Origin: a virus
Taxonomy: Duplodnaviria; Caudoviricetes
IMG/VR virus record: IMGVR_UViG_3300030117_005233
Coordinates: 1-56,455 of that record
Strand: one strand, 5' to 3'
Length of the DNA stretch: 56,455 bases
Below the pieces are notes generated by a model. It was not told the DNA's origin. It was given only the letters and a program-made list of their open reading frames with translations, and ran no database searches. The position numbers were made by a program, and so were the translations under genes. Position 1 is the stretch's first letter, and each line of letters starts with the position of its first letter. This document shows positions 18,383 to 28,299 of this stretch, piece after piece.

Positions 18383-19738
18383 ATGATTAAATTAGTATTA
18401 TTTGATTTAGACGGTGTTTTAATTAATTCAAAAAAAATTCACTATGATGCAATGAATGTTGCATTACCTTCTCAATATAAAATTACTTATGAAGAGCATC
18501 TTAATTTATATGATGGTTTAAAAACAACTGAAAAGTTAGAGATGTTAACTAAAGAAAAAGAATTACCTTTATCTGAGCACAAAAACATATACGATGCAAA
18601 ACAACAAGAAACTATGAATCTTTTATCGAATTTAAAACCAAATAAAGACATAGTTGAATTATTTTATAGTTTAAATAGATTAGGTTATAAAATTGGTGTA
18701 TGTTCAAATTCAATTAGAAGAACAGTTTTAACTACTCTTGCTCAAACTAATTTGATAAAGTATTGTTCTGTAATTATGTCTAATGAAGATGTTAAGAATG
18801 GTAAGCCTCACCCCGAAATGTATTGGAAAGCAATGTCTATGTTAGGTCATTTACCAGAAGAAACAATTATTATAGAAGATTCACCACCTGGTTTATTAGC
18901 TGCAGAAAGATCAAGAGCAAATTATATTAGGGTTAAAGACCCAACAGAAGTGACATGCAAAAATATTTTAAATAAAATTAAAGGAGAAAATAAAGTGAGT
19001 AAGTGGAAAGATGATAAACTAAATGTATTAATACCAATGGCAGGTGCTGGTTCAAGATTTGAACAAGCCGGATATACATTTCCTAAACCATTAATACCTG
19101 TTAATGGAAAACCAATGATACAAGTTGTTGTAGATAATTTAGGAGTAGATGCTAATTTCCATTTTGTAGTTCAAAAATCTCATAAAGAAAAATATAATTT
19201 ACATTCAATGTTAGATTTAATTGCACCTGGGTGTAAAGTTATTGAAGTAGACGGTATTACAGAAGGTGCAGCATGTACGGCACTATTAGCTAAAGAGTTT
19301 ATTAATAATGATCAACCATTGTTATTTGCAAATAGTGATCAATTCTGTGAATGGAAACCAATTGATTTTATGTATAATATGCAAGAAAAAAATTGTGACG
19401 GGGGTATTGTAACATTTGAGAATACACACCCTAAATGGTCTTATGCAAGAATTGATAATAACGGTTTAATAACAGAAGTACAAGAAAAGAATCCTATATC
19501 TAAAGATGCTACGGTAGGATATTACTATTGGAAACATGGATCAGATTTTGTTAAGTATGCTGAACAAATGATTGAAAGAAATATACGCGTTAATAATGAA
19601 TTTTATGTTTGCCCTGTATTTAACCAGGCTATCGAAGCTGGTAAATCTATTAGAGCATTTCGTTCTGAAGGCATGTGGGGATTAGGTACACCTGAAGATT
19701 TAGAATATTTTGTTGCTAATTATAAGGAAAAAGTTTAA
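18383..19738 (+). CDS. HAD phosphatase fused to a sugar-phosphate nucleotidyltransferase
   Basis: FDLDGVL, GKPHP, IEDS; then LIPMAGAGSRF...PKPLI, EFYVCP, GLGTPEDL. Confidence 0.88.
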   Translation: MIKLVLFDLDGVLINSKKIHYDAMNVALPSQYKITYEEHLNLYDGLKTTEKLEMLTKEKELPLSEHKNIYDAKQQETMNLLSNLKPNKDIVELFYSLNRLGYKIGVCSNSIRRTVLTTLAQTNLIKYCSVIMSNEDVKNGKPHPEMYWKAMSMLGHLPEETIIIEDSPPGLLAAERSRANYIRVKDPTEVTCKNILNKIKGENKVSKWKDDKLNVLIPMAGAGSRFEQAGYTFPKPLIPVNGKPMIQVVVDNLGVDANFHFVVQKSHKEKYNLHSMLDLIAPGCKVIEVDGITEGAACTALLAKEFINNDQPLLFANSDQFCEWKPIDFMYNMQEKNCDGGIVTFENTHPKWSYARIDNNGLITEVQEKNPISKDATVGYYYWKHGSDFVKYAEQMIERNIRVNNEFYVCPVFNQAIEAGKSIRAFRSEGMWGLGTPEDLEYFVANYKEKV

Positions 19739-20476
19739 ATGAAAGTAGCTGTGTGTGTATCAGGTGTTCCTGAAAGTAGATATAATCTAATTAAAAGGAA
19801 TAATACTGTTCAAAAACTTAAATTTCCAAATGCAGACTTTTACTATGCAACATGGAAAGGTAGAGAAAAATTATTTTATGAAAATTTTCCAGATTATGAG
19901 TTACATACTTTTGATGAACCTGTAATGCATTATCACCCGTATATGGATATAAAAGATTTTACATCTCCATATTTTGAGGAAACTAAGTCTTGGGTAGTGC
20001 GGACAAATAGAATAGAATGGACTAGCCATCATACTAAACAAATTTTAATTCATGCAATGTTACTAGATAAAATAAAAGATAACTATGATGTTATAATCCG
20101 AGGAAGATTTGATAATTTTATTTGGAATGATAAAGCTGCAGACTTTACTCCATTTATAGAAGATACTTACAATAACAATAGAGCAAACTGTTTTGCAGTA
20201 ACTAATGGTCCAAAATTTAAAGAACAGTATGAATCAGATTATGAAAAAAATCCTAAAATGCGAGAATGGCCTTTAGATCAACTTATTATTCATCCAAGAA
20301 ATATGATTAATTTATCTGATATACTACAACTTCATAAGGAAAAAAAATTAAGAGCAGCAGAGTATGGTTGGCATCAAGTTCTAAGTGAACCATACGGTAA
20401 TAATCATAGAAACTGGCACGGATGGGTTAATCACGATAAAAATGTTCCTTATCAATTTATAAAGGAGGCAGAATGA
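19739..20476 (+). CDS. Putative glycosyltransferase
   Basis: MKVAVCVSG...YDVIIRGRFD. Confidence 0.6.
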   Translation: MKVAVCVSGVPESRYNLIKRNNTVQKLKFPNADFYYATWKGREKLFYENFPDYELHTFDEPVMHYHPYMDIKDFTSPYFEETKSWVVRTNRIEWTSHHTKQILIHAMLLDKIKDNYDVIIRGRFDNFIWNDKAADFTPFIEDTYNNNRANCFAVTNGPKFKEQYESDYEKNPKMREWPLDQLIIHPRNMINLSDILQLHKEKKLRAAEYGWHQVLSEPYGNNHRNWHGWVNHDKNVPYQFIKEAE

Positions 20477-21168
20477 AAAATATAATATTACAACATTATA
20501 CAGGTGAATTAGGTGAATTAGAAAAATTATCTCAGGCAAATATGATTAAGTATGCAGAATTTTGTGGTGCTGAATACAGATTATTGAGCGGTGATTTATT
20601 TAATGAAGAATATCCATGGGAACCTACGTTATATGCACCAAACCAAAAGATGCATATGATGAGTAAAGAGTTTGATGATTATGATATTGTACTAATGGTC
20701 GACATAGATATGTTTACACGAAAAGGCATGACAGAAAATATATTTACAGATGTAAAAGGTATAGGAATGTATACAGACTTTCAACAACATTTATTTGGTG
20801 GTTTAAAAAGACACTTTCCTGATATAGTCGATTTAAATTATCCTTACTGGGGAGGCGCAATATACAGATTAGAAAAAGCACAACGCGTACAATTAAGAGA
20901 ACACATTAAAGATAATATGAAAGACATTGCAAGATTTGATAGAGGATTTAATGATGAAGGAGCAATGCACCTATTAGCTAAACTTTCAGATTTTAAAGAC
21001 AGAGCAATTTTACCAGGTGGATTTAAATGGTGTCATTGCAGTTATCGAGAAGGAATAGAAAACTCAGCAATGATACACATTAGACCTAAGGTAACACCCG
21101 TAGGACCAAAGAGACCTAAAATAGAAAATTATAGAGAATTAGTTAGAAAAGGATTAATAGAAGAATGA
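20473..21168 (+). CDS. GT-A glycosyltransferase, paralogue 2
   Basis: MKNIILQH, YAEFCGAEY, VDIDMF, NDEG. Confidence 0.7.
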   Translation: MKNIILQHYTGELGELEKLSQANMIKYAEFCGAEYRLLSGDLFNEEYPWEPTLYAPNQKMHMMSKEFDDYDIVLMVDIDMFTRKGMTENIFTDVKGIGMYTDFQQHLFGGLKRHFPDIVDLNYPYWGGAIYRLEKAQRVQLREHIKDNMKDIARFDRGFNDEGAMHLLAKLSDFKDRAILPGGFKWCHCSYREGIENSAMIHIRPKVTPVGPKRPKIENYRELVRKGLIEE

Positions 21169-21977
21169 AAAATTTAATTTATCAATATTGGGATGGAGAT
21201 ACTTCTAGGCCAGGAGTAATTGCTGGCGTTAAAGCAATGAAAAAGTATGCAGAGAAAATCGGCGCGGAATATTTATTTGAAGATAATCCAAGGTATTATA
21301 CTCATCTAGGTCCTTACAGTCCACACTATGGTCAGTTTAAATTAATACATGAAGAAAAATTTAGTGATTATGACCATATCATGTTTGCTGATACAGATGT
21401 ATTTCCTGTTGAAAAGTTAGAGAAAAGTATATTTGATGATTTAACTGCAGACATAGGAATATGCGCAGAAGGATGGATGACTAAAAACAAAGGTAAAACT
21501 CCTGCTGAATCATATAATCCGATATGTAGAGACGCAGATGAAGTCTGGGCAGCTAAACTAGAACAACGGTTTGGTGTTAAATTCCCTAGATGCGAAGAAA
21601 CGAATCATTTAATGATGTACAATTCAGGTATGGTAGTGTATAATAATAAAGGTTTAAAGGAAGCAAAACAAAAATTTATGCAATACGAGGATTATATAAG
21701 AACAATTAGTCCATGTGCTTCATTTTACACATGCGATCAACCATATTTACATGCACAATTAATTATTAAAGATATTAATTGGCAACAGATGGATCCAGCT
21801 TGGAATTGTTTTGTACATTATATAGGACACCCAGCTATAAAACCAAGACCAATTAATGACACAAGAGTAAACGGAGAAGGTAATTTTATTCACATTCAGC
21901 TTAGAGGTGCAGATGATTTCGATGAAGAAAAATTATGGAGAATAACTAATTTACCTCAATCAGAATGGAGAATATAA
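21165..21977 (+). CDS. GT-A glycosyltransferase, paralogue 3
   Basis: MKNLIYQY, YAEKIGAEY, ADTDV, YNSG, DQPYL, AWN. Confidence 0.75.
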   Translation: MKNLIYQYWDGDTSRPGVIAGVKAMKKYAEKIGAEYLFEDNPRYYTHLGPYSPHYGQFKLIHEEKFSDYDHIMFADTDVFPVEKLEKSIFDDLTADIGICAEGWMTKNKGKTPAESYNPICRDADEVWAAKLEQRFGVKFPRCEETNHLMMYNSGMVVYNNKGLKEAKQKFMQYEDYIRTISPCASFYTCDQPYLHAQLIIKDINWQQMDPAWNCFVHYIGHPAIKPRPINDTRVNGEGNFIHIQLRGADDFDEEKLWRITNLPQSEWRI

Positions 21978-22564
21978 TGCAAATTTTTAAATATAAAGAT
22001 TATGAGCACTACGTTAAAGAACAAACTTTTTATAATAAAGAAAAAATAGCGTGGAGCTTCTTTAATAAACAAGGTCCGAGAAAAGGTATATTAATTCTAA
22101 TGATTGAAAAATATTTTGGAGAATCAGCTAATAATAAAGATGTCATATGTCACGGTACTCGCGGGGGTCACGAACAACAATTTTTTAAAGGCTTATTCCC
22201 AAAAGGGCATATACAAGGTACAGAAATTAGTGATACCGCATCACAATTTCCAATGACGGTTGAATGGGACTTTACTAAACAACATCCAAGATGGGTTAAT
22301 AGATTTGATATAGTTTATTCTAATTCTTTTGACCACTCGATAAATCCACAAGAAACTTTACGTGTTTGGCACGAGCAACTTAGAGAGGGCGGTTTTATGT
22401 TTATAGAATGGGCTGAGGGAGACTCTGTGTGTACATTAAATGATCCTCTTGATGCATCTGCGAAAGAGATTACTAAACTAATTAAAAAAACAGGATTTGT
22501 AATAGAAGAACAACACGTCATAGGTGTTTCTCAAGGTAATATGTATATATGTAGAAAGGTTTAA
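21977..22564 (+). CDS. SAM-dependent methyltransferase
   Basis: ICHGTRGG, GTEIS, FDIVYSNSFDH, LREGG; start 21965 or 21977. Confidence 0.75.
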   Translation: MQIFKYKDYEHYVKEQTFYNKEKIAWSFFNKQGPRKGILILMIEKYFGESANNKDVICHGTRGGHEQQFFKGLFPKGHIQGTEISDTASQFPMTVEWDFTKQHPRWVNRFDIVYSNSFDHSINPQETLRVWHEQLREGGFMFIEWAEGDSVCTLNDPLDASAKEITKLIKKTGFVIEEQHVIGVSQGNMYICRKV

Positions 22565-22566
22565 TT

Positions 22567-23154
22567 ATGTTAACAGCAACAATAGAAAATGCAAGTACAC
22601 TAGAAGAGTTTTATGAACAAATAAGAAGTCAACAGGAGGATCCTAAAAATCATGGGCCACATTATTGTTCACACCATGATTTAATAAAAGAGTTTGCGCC
22701 AGGATGCACATCTTATAAAGAGCTTGGAACACATCAAGGAGCATCTGCTGCAGCCGCTCTTTTAGCTGGATTTAAAGAAGTTCATTTTGTAGACCATACT
22801 TTAGAAAAGTATAATTGGCAAAAACATTTATTTGAAAAGTATTGTGAAGAAAATGAAGTTGATTTAAATGTATATGAATGTTCTTCAATTCACCATAGCA
22901 CAGCCGTAACTACAGATGTACTTATGATCGATTCATTACATGATTGGTCTTGGACAATTTTAGAGTTAGATCATCATGCTCCACTTACAAAAAAACATAT
23001 TATATTTCATGATACTACAACCGTAAATGGAAAGCCTTCTAATATATGGCCAGGTATTAATATGTGGTGTAAAGTAAATGCAGATAAGTGGTATGTTAAT
23101 CGTAGAAATTTAGAAAATGTTGGATCAACAATAGTAAGTAGAGTGGGTGTATGA
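22567..23154 (+). CDS. Class I methyltransferase (Methyltransf_24-like)
   Basis: ELGTHQGAS, LMIDSLH, IIFHDT. Confidence 0.75.
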   Translation: MLTATIENASTLEEFYEQIRSQQEDPKNHGPHYCSHHDLIKEFAPGCTSYKELGTHQGASAAAALLAGFKEVHFVDHTLEKYNWQKHLFEKYCEENEVDLNVYECSSIHHSTAVTTDVLMIDSLHDWSWTILELDHHAPLTKKHIIFHDTTTVNGKPSNIWPGINMWCKVNADKWYVNRRNLENVGSTIVSRVGV

Positions 23155-23840
23155 AAGCATTTATAATATATCAAAGAGATAATCCAGATTCTGTTAAAGT
23201 AACTAAAGTATTAAAAGAATCGATAGAGCAAACCCAATCCGATATTAATGTTGAAATGTTTAATGCAATTACACCTAGTTCTCCGCCTAAAGAAATTCCA
23301 GATGAATTATTTGACATAACATATACATATCCTAGAGAAGGACAAACCAGATATGATACTAAAACAGGTCTTACTTTGACTGGTTACGTTGCATCATCTG
23401 CAGATGTTAAACTTGCTTGTACTTTAAGTCATGCTAAACTATGGAAAAAATGCGTTGAACTAGACGAAGAGATAATGATACTAGAACACGATGCATTTTT
23501 CTTAAGAAAGTTTGAACCATTTGAATGGGAAGGTGGTATATTAGGATTAAACGATCCAAGAGGCGCAACAAGAAAATCTATGGTTTTTCATGGCGAAGCT
23601 TCTAAGGTAAATGGTATTTCTAATTGTCCATACGTAGATACACAACCTGTACCACAAGGTCTTGCTGGTAATTCAGCATATATTATAAAACCATTTGCTG
23701 CAAAACATTTATTAGAAAAACTAAAAGAGTTTGGTGCTTGGCCAAATGATGCACTTATGTGTAATCAAGTTTGTCCATGGTTAAAAGTAATTCATCCGTA
23801 TTACACAAGAGTTCAAGGAGGAATAAGTACTACAACATGA
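23151..23840 (+). CDS. GT25-like glycosyltransferase
   Basis: ACTLSHAKLWKKC, ILEHDA, AYIIKP.AA. Confidence 0.8.
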   Translation: MKAFIIYQRDNPDSVKVTKVLKESIEQTQSDINVEMFNAITPSSPPKEIPDELFDITYTYPREGQTRYDTKTGLTLTGYVASSADVKLACTLSHAKLWKKCVELDEEIMILEHDAFFLRKFEPFEWEGGILGLNDPRGATRKSMVFHGEASKVNGISNCPYVDTQPVPQGLAGNSAYIIKPFAAKHLLEKLKEFGAWPNDALMCNQVCPWLKVIHPYYTRVQGGISTTT

Positions 23841-24574
23841 GAATATTAATTACAGGTCATAAAGGTTTTATCGGAAGTCGTCTCTGGGAAAGATTAGATC
23901 ATGAATCTATTACACTTTATGGCATAGATATAAAAGATGGTGACGATATTTTAGATACACCATTGCCTGAAGTTGATTTAGTTATTCACTTAGCAGCAAG
24001 AGCAGGCGTTAGAGAGTCTGTAAAAGATCCTAAAACATATTGGGAAACAAATGTCGAAGGTTCTAAAAGAATTATAAAACATTATAAAGATACAAGAATA
24101 TTAGCTGCAAGTTCTAGTTCGGCATATGCACCTCATCTAAATCCGTATTCTGCTACTAAATATATTATGGAGCAGATACCTCATAATAATATTTGTTATA
24201 TGAGGTTTCACACCGTATATAATGATTCAGCTAGAACAGGAATGTTCTTTGATAAATTATTTAAGGGTACTGTAAAATATATTACAAAACATGAAAGAGA
24301 TTTTATTCATTTAGAAGATATGTGTGATGCATTAGAATTACTAATAACGAATCCAAATGTAAAAGGGACGTTTGATATAGGAACGGGTAAAACAATTAAG
24401 ATGAATGATATATGTCCTGATCTTCCTATTAAAACAGATACACCAAGAGAAAGAGAAAGAACATGCGCAGATACAAGTTTTATGACAATAAACTGTGGCT
24501 GGCAAGCAAAACGTTTAGTAACGGAGTTTTTAAAGGAGAATAGTGAAATCATACGTTATTACAATAATGGATAA
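23837..24574 (+). CDS. NAD-dependent sugar epimerase/dehydratase
   Basis: Start re-called to 23837; ILITGHKGFIG, HLAA, YSATK, RDFIH. Confidence 0.88.
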   Translation: MRILITGHKGFIGSRLWERLDHESITLYGIDIKDGDDILDTPLPEVDLVIHLAARAGVRESVKDPKTYWETNVEGSKRIIKHYKDTRILAASSSSAYAPHLNPYSATKYIMEQIPHNNICYMRFHTVYNDSARTGMFFDKLFKGTVKYITKHERDFIHLEDMCDALELLITNPNVKGTFDIGTGKTIKMNDICPDLPIKTDTPRERERTCADTSFMTINCGWQAKRLVTEFLKENSEIIRYYNNG

Positions 24575-25196
24575 TCCTCGTTCTGTTGAAGTGGCAAAAC
24601 GATGTATTGAATCAGGTAAAAAGTTTGGTATTGAAGTAGAACATCATCCAGGATTTACACCTAAAGATAATCCTGAACAAATGATGATTGATAAAGGTAT
24701 AAACTACGATAGATTTAAAAATAATCAATATTCTAGATTCGAACCGTGCATGGCTGCATTTTTATCTCATCGTGAATGTTGGAAAAAAGCTATAGAGTTA
24801 GACGAACCCGTTTTAGTATTAGAACACGATGCAGTTTTTACTGCTCCGTTACCTAAAGTTGATATTGCATTTAAAGTTATATCTTTTGGTAAACCATCTT
24901 ACGGATCATACAGAGCTTCAACTAAAGAAGGATTTTTTGCAGTATTTTCTAAGCCTGGAGGCTATTTACCTGGCGCTCATGCTTATTTAGTAAGTCCAAG
25001 AGGAGCAAAAATTTTAGTTGAAAAATCTTACATGCTTGCAGAACCAACTGACATATATTTAAAGAAAGATAATTTTCCATGGCTAACAGAATATTATCCT
25101 TGGCCCGTAATGGCAGACGATTCTTTCTCTTGTATTCAATTAGATGAAGGTTGTAAGGCAAAACATAATTATAATAAAGGCATTGAAATAATATGA
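24543..25196 (+). CDS. GT25-like glycosyltransferase
   Basis: FLSHRECWKK, VLEHDA, GAHAYLVSP. Confidence 0.8.
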   Translation: MKSYVITIMDNPRSVEVAKRCIESGKKFGIEVEHHPGFTPKDNPEQMMIDKGINYDRFKNNQYSRFEPCMAAFLSHRECWKKAIELDEPVLVLEHDAVFTAPLPKVDIAFKVISFGKPSYGSYRASTKEGFFAVFSKPGGYLPGAHAYLVSPRGAKILVEKSYMLAEPTDIYLKKDNFPWLTEYYPWPVMADDSFSCIQLDEGCKAKHNYNKGIEII

Positions 25197-25852
25197 ACAA
25201 AACATTTATAACCGGTGTAGATAAAAATTTACAAGACTTATTACCTTGGTGGATTAATAATATTCGTAAACACGATACTGAAACACACATTACAGTAGCT
25301 GACTTTGGTATGGACGAAAACTGGGCGGCATGGGCTAAAAAGAGTGTGAACTGTTTTTTAAGTTATCCTCCTCATAAACGTTGCGCATGGTTTTATAAGC
25401 CACATACTTTAATCAAAGCTCCATACGAATATAAATGTTGGATTGATATTGATTGCGAAGTATTGACTAATATAACAGAGATATTTGACTTTGTAGACGG
25501 AACTAATTTAGCATTAACTGATGATCCATGTAGAACAAGAGAACCTGGAGATCCTAATCCAAAATGGTTTGCTACTGGTGTAAATGTTGTAAAAGGTAAT
25601 CCTAAAATTTTAAAAATTTGGGATAGATGGACAAGACCGGGAGATGGTGTAAAAACATGTCACTTTCGTGGTGACCAAGAGTGTTTGCACAAACTTCTTT
25701 CCACAGGCACTTTACACGAAAGTGTAGTTGAGATGCCGATGGAGTATCAATGGTTAAGAATACAACTTGCAAGAGGAGAAGATAATCCTAATAAAAAAAT
25801 TATCCACTGGACAGGTCCAGCAGGAAAAGATCACATTAGATCAAAAATGTGA
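25193..25852 (+). CDS. GT-A glycosyltransferase (GT8-like)
   Basis: WIDIDC, TGV, GDQE, IIHWTG. Confidence 0.75.
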   Translation: MNKTFITGVDKNLQDLLPWWINNIRKHDTETHITVADFGMDENWAAWAKKSVNCFLSYPPHKRCAWFYKPHTLIKAPYEYKCWIDIDCEVLTNITEIFDFVDGTNLALTDDPCRTREPGDPNPKWFATGVNVVKGNPKILKIWDRWTRPGDGVKTCHFRGDQECLHKLLSTGTLHESVVEMPMEYQWLRIQLARGEDNPNKKIIHWTGPAGKDHIRSKM

Positions 25853-25887
25853 TGTACAAATGCGTTAATTTGTGATAATATATACCT

Positions 25888-26430
25888 ATGAAAATTAAGA
25901 ACGCTATGATCGATGTAGAGACCTTAGCAGTAGACTGGAACGCAGTCGTACTCACTATAGGTGCCGTAAAGTTTAACCCATTCACAAATGATATTGACAG
26001 CAAGTTTCATGTTAAATTAGATGTCGATTCACAAATAGAAAAAGGTAGAGTCACGGACGAACGAACACTTGCCTGGTGGGGTCAACAAGAAGAAAGTGTA
26101 AAAGCAAAAGCATTTAGTCCTGAAGGTAGGATAGATGTTGGTGAAGCTTTAGATAAATTATCAGAATGGGCAAATGATACTCATCGTGTTTGGTGTCAAG
26201 GCCCATCATTTGATTTTCCTATCGTAGATAGTTTATACAGACAGTATGATAGACAAATCCCTTGGAAGTTCTGGAATCAACGAGATGCAAGAACAGTCAC
26301 AGGACTTTTAGCAGAAGACATAAAAGGAAAAATAAATTTTGATGCGCATGACGCGGCGGAAGATTGTGTAGCGCAAGCTAAATGTGTGCAATACGTATAT
26401 AATAAATTAGGAGTGTGTCATACAGTATGA
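25888..26430 (+). CDS. dexA: DEDDh 3'-5' exonuclease (DexA-like)
   Basis: MIDVETL, WCQGPSFD, RDART, HDAAEDC; early-type promoter at 25853-25881. Confidence 0.8.
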   Translation: MKIKNAMIDVETLAVDWNAVVLTIGAVKFNPFTNDIDSKFHVKLDVDSQIEKGRVTDERTLAWWGQQEESVKAKAFSPEGRIDVGEALDKLSEWANDTHRVWCQGPSFDFPIVDSLYRQYDRQIPWKFWNQRDARTVTGLLAEDIKGKINFDAHDAAEDCVAQAKCVQYVYNKLGVCHTV

Positions 26431-26855
26431 ATGAGTGGAACTTTAATATTAGTGAATTAGATCAAGAAGCATTAGACAAAAAAGCAAAAGAAGAAGCAGA
26501 TGGAGTATGGATGGACGGTAAAGGTCCACAAGTACACGGAAGAACATATGAAAAACTATTAGAAGACTGTAAAAGAGGTGACGCAGCAGAACACTATCTA
26601 ATAGAAAAACAAGGATTTACAAACGATGATCGGCCTTTTAAAGATGTGTTTGATCCTAGCGGCGCTTCAGTAGAAGTTAAAGTAACTACAAGTACGTGGA
26701 CCGCAGATAAATACACGATACCCGCTTGTAATGAAGCACGTAAATTAGCGTACAGAAATTTTTCAGATATTGTATATTTGTTTATTAATCCTAAAGGAAC
26801 AGAAGATTATTCTTTATACAAGATCCTAACTTGGGATGGACGCAAATTTATTTAA
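26427..26855 (+). CDS. Putative PD-(D/E)xK nuclease-fold protein
   Basis: GDAAE...FKDVF...VEVK. Confidence 0.5.
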   Translation: MNEWNFNISELDQEALDKKAKEEADGVWMDGKGPQVHGRTYEKLLEDCKRGDAAEHYLIEKQGFTNDDRPFKDVFDPSGASVEVKVTTSTWTADKYTIPACNEARKLAYRNFSDIVYLFINPKGTEDYSLYKILTWDGRKFI

Positions 26856-26863
26856 TTTTTTTA

Positions 26864-26892
26864 TTTACTTTTAACTTAAAATAAGGTAGTAT
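26864..26892 (+). promoter_or_regulatory. Early promoter heading the nucleotide-modification operon
   Basis: TTTACT-N17-TAGTAT. Confidence 0.6.
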
Positions 26893-26899
26893 ATATAAC

Positions 26900-27271
26900 A
26901 TGGTTGACGAAAAAAATACACAAAAAGAATCAATAAAAGTTCTGCAAGAATGTGCAGAGTTACAAATCAAAAAGTCTCAAGACTATAATAATCCAGACAG
27001 CCGAGTAAGACAAGAAATGTATTATACTCGTGGCGTTGCGACTCTACTAGATATTATGTGGGGTAAAATGCTTCGCATGTATTCTGTAGTAGAAGCTATG
27101 GAAAACGACATAGACTATAATCCTAACTTTGAGTCGCTAGAAGATTCAGCAAAAGATATGATTAACTATTCATCTTTTGTTGTCGCATATCTTCGTAATG
27201 GTATCGATGGCCAAGATGGTACAAAAGACTTCTTAGGTAGGAGAAAAAAGAATGAGACAACCGACGGTTGA
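26900..27271 (+). CDS. Nucleotide-modification-associated domain 1 (DUF1599/Nmad1-like)
   Basis: KKSQDY...K..R...ESLEDSAKDMINY. Confidence 0.7.
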   Translation: MVDEKNTQKESIKVLQECAELQIKKSQDYNNPDSRVRQEMYYTRGVATLLDIMWGKMLRMYSVVEAMENDIDYNPNFESLEDSAKDMINYSSFVVAYLRNGIDGQDGTKDFLGRRKKNETTDG

Positions 27272-27434
27272 GGTAAAACTAAAACGCGGAGAAAAAGTAG
27301 AGAGAGCTCTAAAAAGACTCAAGCGTAAACTCGATAAAGAAAACATTTTACAAGATTATCGAGATCGTCGTTATTATAAAAAACCCAGTGAAATTCGTAA
27401 AGACGAACGTAACGCAAGACGAAGGAGAAAATGA
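27252..27434 (+). CDS. rpsU: Ribosomal protein bS21
   Basis: EVKLKRGEKVERALKRLKRK...RRYYKKPSEIRK. Confidence 0.88.
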   Translation: MRQPTVEVKLKRGEKVERALKRLKRKLDKENILQDYRDRRYYKKPSEIRKDERNARRRRK

Positions 27435-27586
27435 AAGCAGCAACATGTGAGGTAAGATCTAATCGTATTCGTAAAATACAGAATGGTGGGTATACAGATA
27501 TTTTTCAAAGAGAAGCAGAACAAGAACGTAAGCGTAAACAAAATCAAATATTTCAAAGCTTTAGATCTGGAGGTAGACGTTGGTAA
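27431..27586 (+). CDS. 51-aa basic hypothetical protein
   Basis: Below the ORF-track cutoff; ATGA overlap with the rpsU stop; MKAATCEVR...RSGGRRW*. Confidence 0.55.
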   Translation: MKAATCEVRSNRIRKIQNGGYTDIFQREAEQERKRKQNQIFQSFRSGGRRW

Positions 27587-28299
27587 AAGTAGAAGATATT
27601 AGATGGCAACTTGCAAACAAACATAACGATCTCGATTATGTTACTGATAAATCAGGTTGTAAAATGCTTGAAGTTATTAACGCAGCATTTATTGCTGATA
27701 AAGATTATATATTTCGTGAACCTAATCAAGACTATATCGAACGTGAATTAGAATGGTATAAATCAAAGTCTTTAAATGTAGATGATATTCCAGGCGAAAC
27801 GCCAAAAATATGGAAAGATGTTTCTGATGAAAATGGAGTAATTAATTCTAACTATGGATATCTTATTTGGTCTGCAGATAATATTTGTCAATATGAAAAT
27901 GTTCGTATTGAACTAGGAGAAAATCCAGAATCAAGACGTGCTACAATGATTTATACAAGACCAACTATATGGTTAGATGCATTTAAAAATGGTATGTCAG
28001 ATTTTATTTGTACTAATAATGTTCAGTATTTTATTCGTGACAATAAACTTGTAACATCTGTGTATATGCGATCTAATGATGCAGTATTTGGTTACAACAA
28101 TGATTTAGCGTGGCAAAAACATGTGCGAGATAAACTTATTGATGATTTAGAAATAGACACATACAACAGATACGAACCTGGTCCTATATTCTGGAACGTC
28201 GGTTCATTCCATGTTTATGAACGTCATTTTCAACATGTTGAAAAATGGATGAAAGCAAACTTTTTAGAAGCAAGTAGACCGGAGTGGTTTGAACTATGA
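27580..28299 (+). CDS. gp42: dCMP hydroxymethylase (T4 gp42-like, thymidylate synthase fold)
   Basis: RELEWYKSKSL, DIPGETPKIW, INSNYG, GMSDFICTN, MRSNDAVFGYNNDLAWQ, WNVGSFHVY, closely matching T4 gp42 as recalled; GGAGG SD before the TTG. Confidence 0.88.
   Translation: MVKVEDIRWQLANKHNDLDYVTDKSGCKMLEVINAAFIADKDYIFREPNQDYIERELEWYKSKSLNVDDIPGETPKIWKDVSDENGVINSNYGYLIWSADNICQYENVRIELGENPESRRATMIYTRPTIWLDAFKNGMSDFICTNNVQYFIRDNKLVTSVYMRSNDAVFGYNNDLAWQKHVRDKLIDDLEIDTYNRYEPGPIFWNVGSFHVYERHFQHVEKWMKANFLEASRPEWFEL

Noticed and set aside
27580-28299. Ordinary thymidylate synthase or dUMP hydroxymethylase
   Set aside because: Has Asp, not Asn, at the specificity position and matches T4 gp42 motifs throughout
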